A stretch of DNA of 64,000 nt from an uncultured Verrucomicrobia subdivision 3 bacterium. Its GTDB lineage: Bacteria; Verrucomicrobiota; Verrucomicrobiia; Limisphaerales; UBA11358. How positions within the stretch are numbered: position 1 is the stretch's first letter; each line of letters opens with the position of its first letter. The position numbers and the translations under genes were made by a program. Location of the stretch: positions 36,472-100,471 of the forward strand of contig CAIQWB010000114.1 of NCBI GenBank assembly GCA_903875465.1, written 5' to 3'. The notes beneath the pieces are model-generated. The model was not told the origin of the DNA and made no database searches. It saw nothing but the letters and a program-made list of their open reading frames with translations. Positions 55,886 to 64,000 of the stretch are shown here, piece after piece.

Positions 55886-57759
55886 GCTACGACCTCCGCG
55901 CCGGACTCATCCAGGTCCATAATCTGCAACTCCGCAGTGTCGTGATACGGCCCGGGCCGCGCCACCAATTCGGCATGCGTGCCCATTTGGGTCAACCGCC
56001 CCTCCTCCAGCACCAGAATCACATCCGCCCGGCGCAACAGATTCAAGCGGCCGGAGACCACAAAGGTTGTGCGCCCGGTCATCGCCCGGCGCAAGGCGGA
56101 GACAATGTCGTGCTCCGTCCGCGCATCCACCGAGGCGGTGGGATCATCCAGGATGAGCAAGGGTGGTTGCAGGAGCAACGCCCGGGCCAGGGCCAGCCGC
56201 TGCCGCTGACCACCGGACAAATCCACCCCCGACTCGCCCAGCACGGTTTCGTAGCCGTGCGGCAGGGCCAGGATAAACTCATGCGCCGAGGCAATCCGCG
56301 CGGCTGCCTCAATCTCCGCCATGGTGGCCTCGGGATGGCCAAAGGCGATGTTCGCCGCCACCGTGTTGGAGAATAAAAAGCTCTCCTGATAAACCATCCC
56401 GACCTGCCGCCGGTACGCGTCCAGATCCAACTCCCGCAAATTCAAGCCGTCCACCGTGATGCGGCCTGCCGTGGGATCATAAAAGCGCGGCAATAAACTC
56501 AGCAGCGAACTTTTGCCTGAGCCGGTCATCCCAAAAATGCCCACCACCTGCCCCGGCTGAACCGCGAACGACAGTTCACTCAGCACGGGCTGGCCGGAAT
56601 GATAACCAAAGGTCACTTTTTCAAAGGTCACCTGGCCCGAGAGCCGGCCGGGGGCGCGCGCATCCGGCCGGCTTTCCACCGCCACCGGCATGTCCAGCAC
56701 TTCAAACACCCGCCGCGCGGCGGCCAGGCTTTGCTGCACAGAATTGGCGATCGTAGCGATGTTCGCCACTTGCGCGGTGAATTGCTGTAGCAAACCCGCG
56801 AACACCACCATCCCGCCGCCCAGGGCAATCCGACCCTGCACAAACAACCAGCCCCCATAGGCGAACAGGATGACCAGGCTCAACTGGGACAGGAGTTGCG
56901 TGGCCGGGGTGAACACCGACAAATCCCAGAAAATCCGCCGTTGCTGGGCGGAAACCTCCGCGTTGGCCGCCTCAAAGCGCCGGACCTGATGGGCCTCCGC
57001 CGCAAAGCCCTTCACGGTCTGCATCCCGCGCACATTCTCGCTAAACAAAAGGACCATCGCATCGGTCAGTTCGCGATTCCGCAGATACCCCGGCCGCAAG
57101 CGGGCGGAATAATAGTGCGCCAGCCACGCGAGCGGGAGGGTTACCGAGAGGCACGCCACCGTCAGGGTCGGCTGAATGCGCCACATGAAGCAGGCATACG
57201 CCCCCAGGGTCAGCAGCAGGTTAGTGCCCTGCAACAAAACGCCATCCACAAAAAGCCGGGTGTTCTGGACATCCCCCGTCACCCGGTTGAAAATGGAATT
57301 GGAACCATGCTGGTCAAAAAAACTGAAGCTGAGCCGCTGCAACTTGGCATAAAGCTGGGCGCGCAGAGCCGGCACAATCTCGCCCTGAGTCAGCCGCACC
57401 GTGATCATGGTAAAAGCATAAGTCACCAGCGCCCGCACCAGGGCCAGCACCACAATGGCGCTGGCCAGCACCGCCACCAGATGCAAGGGGGGCCAGGCTG
57501 CGGGCGGATGCCAGCCCAAGGGGTAAACGGGGGCGGGTAGCTTGGGGTCGAGGGCACTGCGAATGACATCAATCACCAATCCGAGCCATTGCAGCCCGGC
57601 AATCCCCAGCAACACCAGCAGCAGGTTCAAAACCAGCGACCACAGGCAGTCGGCGCGAAATTGCCACGCGAGGACAAGCAGACGCCGAACCAGTTTCCCT
57701 TGGGAATAACGCTCGTCGTCCGCCACCTTTGGAATTGGGCCAGCCGCTTTCAGAACCAC
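55882..57759 (-). CDS. ABC exporter, fused TMD-NBD half transporter, subunit 1 of a pair
   Basis: GMTGSGKSS, LSGGQRQRLALARA, LILDDPTASVD. GTG start at 57759. Confidence 0.9.
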   Translation of the reverse strand: MVLKAAGPIPKVADDERYSQGKLVRRLLVLAWQFRADCLWSLVLNLLLVLLGIAGLQWLGLVIDVIRSALDPKLPAPVYPLGWHPPAAWPPLHLVAVLASAIVVLALVRALVTYAFTMITVRLTQGEIVPALRAQLYAKLQRLSFSFFDQHGSNSIFNRVTGDVQNTRLFVDGVLLQGTNLLLTLGAYACFMWRIQPTLTVACLSVTLPLAWLAHYYSARLRPGYLRNRELTDAMVLLFSENVRGMQTVKGFAAEAHQVRRFEAANAEVSAQQRRIFWDLSVFTPATQLLSQLSLVILFAYGGWLFVQGRIALGGGMVVFAGLLQQFTAQVANIATIANSVQQSLAAARRVFEVLDMPVAVESRPDARAPGRLSGQVTFEKVTFGYHSGQPVLSELSFAVQPGQVVGIFGMTGSGKSSLLSLLPRFYDPTAGRITVDGLNLRELDLDAYRRQVGMVYQESFLFSNTVAANIAFGHPEATMAEIEAAARIASAHEFILALPHGYETVLGESGVDLSGGQRQRLALARALLLQPPLLILDDPTASVDARTEHDIVSALRRAMTGRTTFVVSGRLNLLRRADVILVLEEGRLTQMGTHAELVARPGPYHDTAELQIMDLDESGAEVVA

Positions 57760-57826
57760 GACTATGCCAAAATCCAGACGGGTAATCGAAGCAAAAATGG
57801 GAGGATTGAGCCTGCGGAACGCCCGT

Positions 57827-57860
57827 AAAAAAGAGAAAGCCCGGACACAACTCCGGGCTT
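57827..57860 (-). terminator. Rho-independent terminator (minus strand) after the ABC-2 permease gene
   Basis: The plus strand reads aaaaaagagaa-aagcccgga-cacaac-tccgggctt. On the minus strand this is a 9-bp stem followed by a U-rich tract. Confidence 0.65.
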
Positions 57861-57977
57861 ATCACACACAACGCACTTGAGAACTGAATGCGCCGAACAC
57901 ATCCATAGACTATCAAACTTTGTATCCCCAGCCAGTCACCAGTACTGGGGACATGCAGTCCCTACCCCGCGACCGGC

Positions 57978-59117
57978 TTAATCCAGGGTTTGGCGGTAGC
58001 GTTTAATGCCGACCGTCAGCATCACCGCCAGGAACAAGGCCATGGGCCATAAATCCGGCATCAGCTCGGCCAGACCGTTGCCTTTGAGCAAAATGCCCCG
58101 CACCACCCGGAGAAAATGCGTGAGGGGCAACACCTCGCCAATGTCCTGGGCCCACCCCGGCATGCCGCGAAAGGGAAACATGTAACCCGACAACAACAGC
58201 GAGGGCAGAAAAAAGAAAAAGGTCATCTGCATGGCTTGTAACTGGTTCTTGGCCACGGTTGAGAACGTGATGCCGACCGCGAGGTTGGCCACAATGAACA
58301 GGAATACCAGCCCCACCAAAAGCGGGACACTGCCCACCATCGGCACATCAAACAGGAATTTGGCGGCCAGCAGGATCAGCGTCACCTGCACATAACCCAC
58401 GCCAATGTAAGGCACAATTTTTCCCAGCAGGACCTCGCCCGGGCGCACGGGCGTGGACAGCAGGTTTTCCATCGTACCGCGCTCGCGCTCGCGGGTGATC
58501 GCCAGCGCGGTGATCATCACCATGGTCATGGTCAGCATCACACCCATGAGGCCGGGCACAATGTTGTATTGGGTGATGTTTTCCGGATTGTAATGCTGGT
58601 GGACCACCAGATTGAAGGGCGCAGTCCCGCCGGTCAAATGCGCGAGCGGTCCGGTCAGGTCGCGGTTCAGGATGGTGGGCGTCAACCCGCTCACCGCCGC
58701 GATGGCATAGCCCACCGCCGTGGGATCGGTGGCATCCGCCTCCAGCAGTAAATCCGGGCGTTCGCCCCGGATCAGTTTGCGGGAAAAATCGACCGGGATG
58801 GTGACGGCAAACTGCACCGTGTTTTCCGCCAGCAACCGGTTGATCTCCGCAGTATTTTTGGCTTCCCGAATGATGTCGAAGTAACTGCTGTTCTGCAACC
58901 CCCGCACGAACGTCCGCGAAAAAACGCTGTTGTCCGCTGAGTACACCGCCGTGGGCAGGTGTTTGGGATTGGAGTTAATGGCGAAGCCAAACAGGATGAG
59001 CTGGATCATCGGCACCCCCACCATCATGCCAAACGTGAGCCGGTCGCGCCGCATCTGGATGAATTCCTTCAGCACCACGGCCACAAACCGCCGGAAATTG
59101 AAGTGTGCGAAGTTCAT
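57978..59117 (-). CDS. ABC-2-type efflux permease (YbhS/YbhR-like)
   Basis: 379 aa. N-terminal TM, a large periplasmic loop, then 5 TM segments. The ATG overlaps the ATPase stop (ATGA). Confidence 0.88.
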   Translation of the reverse strand: MNFAHFNFRRFVAVVLKEFIQMRRDRLTFGMMVGVPMIQLILFGFAINSNPKHLPTAVYSADNSVFSRTFVRGLQNSSYFDIIREAKNTAEINRLLAENTVQFAVTIPVDFSRKLIRGERPDLLLEADATDPTAVGYAIAAVSGLTPTILNRDLTGPLAHLTGGTAPFNLVVHQHYNPENITQYNIVPGLMGVMLTMTMVMITALAITRERERGTMENLLSTPVRPGEVLLGKIVPYIGVGYVQVTLILLAAKFLFDVPMVGSVPLLVGLVFLFIVANLAVGITFSTVAKNQLQAMQMTFFFFLPSLLLSGYMFPFRGMPGWAQDIGEVLPLTHFLRVVRGILLKGNGLAELMPDLWPMALFLAVMLTVGIKRYRQTLD

Positions 59118-60040
59118 TTGAAATTATCCGCGGCGGTTTCCATGAGGCTGATGAACACATCCTCCAAACCGGAGGCGATGGGCTGCCAGCGGTATTCCCC
59201 GGTCATCCAAGGTTTCACGCTGGCTTGCAACTGGACGGCGTCGCGGCCGCTGACATGCAGGGTGGTGCCAAAAACCACCACCTGCTCCACCCCGGGCCGG
59301 CCGCGCAACTGGTCGGCGACGGCATGGAGATTTTTGCCCGTGACCTCCCAGGTGGTCAGCCCGGCACTGCGCACCACCTCTTCCACCGTGCCCTTGGCCA
59401 GCAAATTACCGTAGGCAATATAGGCCAGCTGGGTGCACCGCTCCGCCTCGTCCATGTAATGCGTGGTGATCAACACGGTCAGGCCGTCGGCCGCCAGCTG
59501 GTGGATCTCCTCCCAAAAATCCCGCCGGGCCTTGGGATCCACGCCGGCTGTGGGTTCATCCAGCAACAATAACTGTGGCTGGTGAATCAAGCAGGCCGCC
59601 AGGGCCAGGCGCTGCTTCCAGCCGCCGGACAGGGTGCCCGCCAGTTGCCGGCGCCGGGCGGTCATCGTGAGCCGTTCCAGGCTGCGTTCCACGGCGGCCG
59701 GGCGATCGGGCATTTCGTAAAGCCGGGCAATGAAATCCAAATTCTCCTCGATGGTCAGGTCCTCGTAAAAACTGAACCGCTGCGTCATGTAGCCCGCATG
59801 TTTCTTAATCTCCGCTGACTGCTTCAAGATATCGTAGCCGAGGCAGTGGCCGCTGCCGCCATCGGGGGTGAGCAGGCCGCAAAGCATGCGCAGAAAGGTC
59901 GTTTTGCCACTGCCGTTCGGCCCGAGAAAACCATAGATCTCCCCCGGCCGCACTTGCATGGCAATGTCATTGACCACGGTCCGGCCGCCAAATTTCTTGG
60001 TCACGCCCCGGACATCAATGATGAATTCATTCGCACTCAT
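59114..60040 (-). CDS. ABC transporter ATP-binding protein (single NBD, YbhF-like)
   Basis: GPNGSGKTT, LSGGWKQRLALAACL, LLLDEPTAGVD. Confidence 0.93.
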   Translation of the reverse strand: MSANEFIIDVRGVTKKFGGRTVVNDIAMQVRPGEIYGFLGPNGSGKTTFLRMLCGLLTPDGGSGHCLGYDILKQSAEIKKHAGYMTQRFSFYEDLTIEENLDFIARLYEMPDRPAAVERSLERLTMTARRRQLAGTLSGGWKQRLALAACLIHQPQLLLLDEPTAGVDPKARRDFWEEIHQLAADGLTVLITTHYMDEAERCTQLAYIAYGNLLAKGTVEEVVRSAGLTTWEVTGKNLHAVADQLRGRPGVEQVVVFGTTLHVSGRDAVQLQASVKPWMTGEYRWQPIASGLEDVFISLMETAADNFK

Positions 60041-60043
60041 GGG

Positions 60044-61018
60044 TCAAGGGGTCACTTGCACATCCACCGGCTGGCCCGGGCGCACGTCGGCGGCATCGGC
60101 GGCGGCAAAGCGGGCTTCGATCATGTAAACCAAACTCGCCCGGTTTTCCCGGTTGTAAATAACGGGCGGGGTATATTCGGCCTGGGTGGAAATGTAGCTG
60201 GTGGTGGCCGTGAGCGGTGATTTGCCGCCGTCGAACGTTACGGTCACCGGGGCGCCCACCCGTACGCGGGGCAGCCAGGCTTCCGGCACAAAAAAGCGCA
60301 CCTTCAAATGATCGGGGGGCAGCAGCACGACCACCGGGGCACCCGCCGCCACGTATTCCCCCTGGCGGTATAAGGTGTCCTGCACGGGCCCGCTCGCGGG
60401 GGCGAATTGTTGTTTCTGGTCAAAGGCCCACCGGGCTTTGCCCAGTGCGGCGGTCTGGGCCGCCACCTGCGCCGCCATCCCGGTGATGACATCCGCCCGG
60501 CCGCCCAATCGCGCGGTGGCCAGGTCGGCGGAGAGCTGGTTGACCAAGGATTGATCGGCATCGCGTTGCGCGCGGGCCTGGTCCAGTTCCTCGGCGGAAA
60601 TCACCCCCTGGCCGATCAGGTTTTGCCGCCGCAGCCATTCGGCTTCGGCCAGTTTCAGGTTCGCCCGGGCTTGTTCCTGCTGGGCCTCCAGGGAGGCGAT
60701 TTCGGTGGGGCGTTTGCCCTGGTTCAGGTCCGCCAACTGGGCTTGTGCCTGGCTCAGGTTCTGTTGCGCCTCGCGGACCGAGGCGGCTTCGGATTCCCGC
60801 TCGAGGGCAAAGAGCAGCTGGCCGGCCTTCACCTGGTCGCCCCGGGCCACGGCCAAGTTGGTGAGGGCGCCGCCGAGCGGGGCGGCCACGTAGACGTACT
60901 CCCCCTCAACGTAACCCTGAAACTCGCCGGGCTTTGGGCGGTCGCAGCCGAGGAGGGCGAGGGCAAGGGCGAACATACTAAATAGCGGGAAATAGCCTAA
61001 AAATAGGGGGTTTTTCAT
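60044..61018 (-). CDS. HlyD-family membrane fusion / periplasmic adaptor protein (YbhG-like), probable lipoprotein
   Basis: The ATG at 61018 gives MKNPLFLGYFPLFSMFALALALLGC (lipobox). There is a coiled-coil Q/A/E-rich hairpin region and beta-barrel ends. The track uses GTG at 61039. Confidence 0.88.
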   Translation of the reverse strand: MKNPLFLGYFPLFSMFALALALLGCDRPKPGEFQGYVEGEYVYVAAPLGGALTNLAVARGDQVKAGQLLFALERESEAASVREAQQNLSQAQAQLADLNQGKRPTEIASLEAQQEQARANLKLAEAEWLRRQNLIGQGVISAEELDQARAQRDADQSLVNQLSADLATARLGGRADVITGMAAQVAAQTAALGKARWAFDQKQQFAPASGPVQDTLYRQGEYVAAGAPVVVLLPPDHLKVRFFVPEAWLPRVRVGAPVTVTFDGGKSPLTATTSYISTQAEYTPPVIYNRENRASLVYMIEARFAAADAADVRPGQPVDVQVTP

Positions 61019-61081
61019 GACATTTGGGTTTGGCGGCACATTCCAGCCAACGCCTTTTAATACAAAATTAGCATTGACTTG

Positions 61082-61111
61082 TCAAACGGTTGTTTGAATC
61101 ATTTGTTTGAA
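61082..61111. promoter_or_regulatory. Candidate TetR operator in the divergent hlyD/tetR intergenic region
   Basis: Inverted repeat TCAAAC-ggtt-GTTTGA (61082-61097). Direct repeat TTGTTTGAA at 61090-61098 and 61103-61111. Confidence 0.4.
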
Positions 61112-61128
61112 ACATAGATTTGAATGTG

Positions 61129-61785
61129 ATGGTGGAAGCTATTGACGCAGCGCAGGTGGCCACCCGCTCCCAGATTTTGGAGGCGGCGGGGGAGGTGTTT
61201 GCCGAGGTGGGCTTTCGCGATGCCAAGGTGCGGGACATTTGTCAGCGGGCGGGGGTGAATAGTGCGGCGGTGAATTATCATTTTGGGGACAAGGAAACGT
61301 TGTATGCCGAGGTCTTGCGCTATTCCCAAGCCAGGGCCATCGAGAAATACCCCCCGCTGCTCGACGTGGCCCCCACCGCGCCGCCGGAGGAAAAACTGCG
61401 GGCGTTCATTTTTTCCTTCCTGCTGCGGGTCTTTGAAAAAGGCCCGCTGGCGTGGCATGGAAAAATCACCTCCCGCGAGATGGTGGACCCCACGGCGGCC
61501 CTGGATGCGATCATTGTGGATAAAATCCGGCCCATGGCGGAGCAACTGCGGGGCATCGTGGCGGAGATCCTCCACCGGCCGGTCACGGATGAAACCGTGC
61601 GTTTATGCAGCTTCAGCATTGTAAGCCAGTGCGTTTTTTATCATCATTGCCGGCCTGTGTTGACGCGACTCTATCCCGACCAACCGCCGCTGGACACCGT
61701 CGGCGCGGCGCGCCTGGCGGACCACATCACCCGCTTTACGCTGGCGGCACTGCACCATTTGCCCGTATCCACCACCACCCCCTGA
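61129..61785 (+). CDS. TetR/AcrR-family transcriptional regulator
   Basis: HTH region ILEAAGEVFAEVGFRDAKVRDICQRAGVNSAAVNYHFGDKETLY. The start is ambiguous: TTG 61120, GTG 61126 or ATG 61129. Confidence 0.9.
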   Translation: MVEAIDAAQVATRSQILEAAGEVFAEVGFRDAKVRDICQRAGVNSAAVNYHFGDKETLYAEVLRYSQARAIEKYPPLLDVAPTAPPEEKLRAFIFSFLLRVFEKGPLAWHGKITSREMVDPTAALDAIIVDKIRPMAEQLRGIVAEILHRPVTDETVRLCSFSIVSQCVFYHHCRPVLTRLYPDQPPLDTVGAARLADHITRFTLAALHHLPVSTTTP

Positions 61786-61791
61786 TTTATC

Positions 61792-63153
61792 ATGAAACGA
61801 CTTCACTTGCTCGCGCTGCTGACGGTTCTGGGCTCAGTTCCGGCCCTGGCCCCGGCCCAAACCAACCAAGCCCGCCTGCCCGGCTGGGTGGCCGAACCGC
61901 TCTCGCTGAAAGACGCGCTGAACATTGCCCTGCGCCAGAATGCCACCATTCGCAAGGCGCAAAATGATTTGGAGGCCTCGCAGGGACTGGTCATCACCAC
62001 CCGCGCCGTGGCGCTGCCCACGGTGCAAGCGACCGGGCAAATTAAGAAGAGTGACCCGAACTCGATTGAGAATTTTTATAATTCCACCCAGTCGGACCGT
62101 AACTGGAACACGGGGATTCAAGTGGTGCAAAATATTTACGAGGGCGGCGTGCTGGGGGCGGCGCTCAAAGCCGCGCGGGCCACCAAGGCCCAGGCGCTGG
62201 CCCAGTACCAAACGTCCCTGGCCGACACGCTGCTGAATGTTGAGACCGCTTACTATGATGTGCTGCTGGCGGCCCAGCAAATCACGGTGAACGAAGCGTC
62301 GGTCACGCTCTTGCAAAAGGAATTGGACGATCAACAACACCGGTTCAACGCCGGCACCGTGCCACGCTTCAACGTGCTGCAAGCCGAGGTGGCCGTGGCC
62401 AATGAACGGCCCGCGCTGATCAAGGCGAAGAATAATTATCGCAACAGCAAGAATGCCCTTTCCAACCTGCTCGGCTACGACCTGCCCCGCGAAATCTGGG
62501 AGGACGTGCCGCTCAACCTCACGGACAACCTCGTGGCGGAACCCTATGAGGTGAATTTGCCGGACGCCATCCAAAAAGCGCTGGAACAGCGGACGGAATT
62601 GAAAGCCCTGCGCAAGACGCGGGAGTTGCAGGAATTGAATATCATCAATGCCAAGGCGGGGTCCAAGCCCACGGTGTCGGTCTTTGCCGGGTATAGCTGG
62701 AAGAACGCCCAATTCACGCCGCCCATGGCGCTGGACCAGGTGTATTCCGGCTGGAATGCCGGGGCGCAGGTCACCTGGAATATTTTTGATGGCGCGGCCA
62801 CCCAGGGCCGGGTGATCCAGGCGAAGGCCCAGTACGAAAAGGCCAAAACGGAGCTGATCGACCAATCCCGCCAGATTGAATTGCAAGTGCGGACTTCGTA
62901 TTCCGATTTTGTAGAAGCGAAGGAAACCCTGGAATCGCAATTGAAAGTGGTGGAAGAAGCCGAGGAAGCCCTGCGCGAAGCCCGCGCGCGTTCCGAGGCC
63001 GGCACGGGCACCCAGCTCGACGTGCTGAATGCCGAGACCTCCCTGACGCAAGCCCGCACCACGCAAATCCAATCCCTGCACGATTACGCCACGGCCCGCG
63101 CCAAACTGGAACGGGCGATTGGGAATAAATTCGTGACCAAGGACGGTAAATAG
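61792..63153 (+). CDS. TolC-family outer membrane efflux protein
   Basis: Signal peptide MKRLHLLALLTVLGSVPALAPAQ. Duplicated OEP repeat pattern with ...LSLKDALNIALRQN... and ...LPDAIQKALEQRTELKAL.... 453 aa. Confidence 0.9.
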   Translation: MKRLHLLALLTVLGSVPALAPAQTNQARLPGWVAEPLSLKDALNIALRQNATIRKAQNDLEASQGLVITTRAVALPTVQATGQIKKSDPNSIENFYNSTQSDRNWNTGIQVVQNIYEGGVLGAALKAARATKAQALAQYQTSLADTLLNVETAYYDVLLAAQQITVNEASVTLLQKELDDQQHRFNAGTVPRFNVLQAEVAVANERPALIKAKNNYRNSKNALSNLLGYDLPREIWEDVPLNLTDNLVAEPYEVNLPDAIQKALEQRTELKALRKTRELQELNIINAKAGSKPTVSVFAGYSWKNAQFTPPMALDQVYSGWNAGAQVTWNIFDGAATQGRVIQAKAQYEKAKTELIDQSRQIELQVRTSYSDFVEAKETLESQLKVVEEAEEALREARARSEAGTGTQLDVLNAETSLTQARTTQIQSLHDYATARAKLERAIGNKFVTKDGK

Positions 63154-63259
63154 TTTGGATCCGGGAAATCGCCTTTTGACGCCGCCCAGCCCGGCCAAAG
63201 GCGGCCTGCGGGAAACTGGAATTATTCGAAAACAAGCTCAAATCTGATATATATTTCTT

Positions 63260-64000
63260 ATGTATATTCACAAAGTCTCACTCCGGAACATTCGCGGTTT
63301 CGAGACACTCGATTTTGACCTTGCCCGCCCGGATGGCAAATACGCGGGTTGGACGGTGTTCACGGGCGACAACGGTTCCGGCAAGAGCACGCTCCTCAAA
63401 GCTATCGCCGTCGGACTTCTTGAAAAAAGCACAGCGCGGTCACTGCAAACCAGTTTCCACCGTTGGATTCGTGATGGCTCTGGGTCCGAGGAATCTTCCA
63501 TTCAACTGGACATCGTGCGGCGCGAAGAAGATGACGCCCTTACGGATCCAGGCCGAAAATCCTCTCCCGATCCTTTCCCCGCCAAAATTGTGTTGAAGAA
63601 CGGCGGCAAAGAAACCACCGTTCAATCCACTATCCCCTCCGGTAAACAAAAAACCTACCAGACCCCCGACCGCACCATTTGGTCGCTCGATGCGACCGGT
63701 TGGTTCTCCTGCGGCTATGGTCCGTTCCGTCGCGTGTTCGGCGCGTCTCCTGAAGCCACCCGGCAAATGGTCTCCCCCACCACCGGGCGATTTGTCACCA
63801 TGTTCCAAGAAGCGGCGTCACTGGCCGAAGTGGATCAATGGTTGCGGCTGCTCGATCACAAGAAACTGGAAAACAAGCACGCCGAGGCCGAACAACTCGC
63901 GCTCGTCTTGGAACTGTTGCGGGATGATTTGATGCCCAATCGGATCACCGTGGATCGGGTGGATTCGGATGGCTTGTGGTTGAAAGACCGGAACGGCGTG
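63260..64000 (+). CDS. SMC/RecF-like AAA ATPase (N-terminal part only; the ORF runs off the right edge)
   Basis: My own translation from the ATG at 63260 gives MYIHKVSLRNIRGFETLDFDLARPDGKYAGWTVFTGDNGSGKSTLLKAIAVGLL... (Walker A). The frame is open for 247 codons to the window end and is absent from the ORF track. Confidence 0.75.
   Translation, partial: MYIHKVSLRNIRGFETLDFDLARPDGKYAGWTVFTGDNGSGKSTLLKAIAVGLLEKSTARSLQTSFHRWIRDGSGSEESSIQLDIVRREEDDALTDPGRKSSPDPFPAKIVLKNGGKETTVQSTIPSGKQKTYQTPDRTIWSLDATGWFSCGYGPFRRVFGASPEATRQMVSPTTGRFVTMFQEAASLAEVDQWLRLLDHKKLENKHAEAEQLALVLELLRDDLMPNRITVDRVDSDGLWLKDRNGV

Noticed and set aside
54323-55945. 540-aa plus-strand ORF opposite the ABC exporter
   Set aside because: This is a shadow ORF. 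The minus strand carries Walker A, signature and Walker B motifs.
61834-63198. 454-aa minus-strand ORF opposite tolC
   Set aside because: This is a shadow ORF with G/R/L/Q-rich composition. The plus strand has a signal peptide and the TolC repeat architecture.

Overview
This is a visibly GC-rich bacterial chromosomal window with about 50 genes. It is most likely from the PVC/Verrucomicrobiota-like part of the tree. That guess rests on gene content only: a PEP-CTERM protein, a giant protein with autotransporter-associated beta-strand repeats, and several secreted proteins ending in ...(F/Y)YR(V/I).

Most of the content is housekeeping or envelope genes:
- opgG-X-opgH (osmoregulated periplasmic glucans), zwf, and a ruvC-ruvA-DUF374-priA operon.
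- An ABC ATPase/permease operon with a 510-aa membrane-anchored partner.
- A DEAD-box helicase, an orphan receiver protein, and a LytS/LytTR two-component pair.
- rfbA/rfbB with an RmlD-like SDR, tRNA-Pro(UGG), and glnK-amtB behind a sigma-54-type promoter.
- A PP2C phosphatase with a 127-aa kinase-like ORF, a GH140-like hydrolase, deoC, an SGNH esterase, and a nucleotide-sugar dehydrogenase.
- An S8 protease, tal, a beta-carbonic anhydrase, a CAP-domain protein, and a heterodimeric ABC exporter pair.
- A TetR-controlled HlyD/ABC/ABC-2 efflux set with TolC.

The supplied ORF track uses ATG/GTG/TTG starts and omits ORFs cut by the window edges. My own translation recovers two edge ORFs. One is on the minus strand at 1..2241 (propeller-phosphoesterase fusion). 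The other is on the plus strand at 63260..64000 (SMC/RecF-like AAA ATPase).

I see no CRISPR array, prophage, integrase or canonical defence operon. The most interesting non-standard signals are:
- A two-copy inverted-repeat element with different 5-bp target-site duplications (MITE-like).
- Helically phased GATTAG-type 10-bp arrays in a ~1 kb gene-free region.
- An ultra-short protein-kinase-like ORF coupled to the PP2C phosphatase.
- A tail-anchored unknown ORF wedged into opgGH.
- A barrel-less secretin-N protein cluster next to LytS/LytTR.
- A shared C-terminal module on three large secreted proteins.
- The truncated AAA ATPase at the right edge.

None of these can be proven novel without database searches, which I cannot run.
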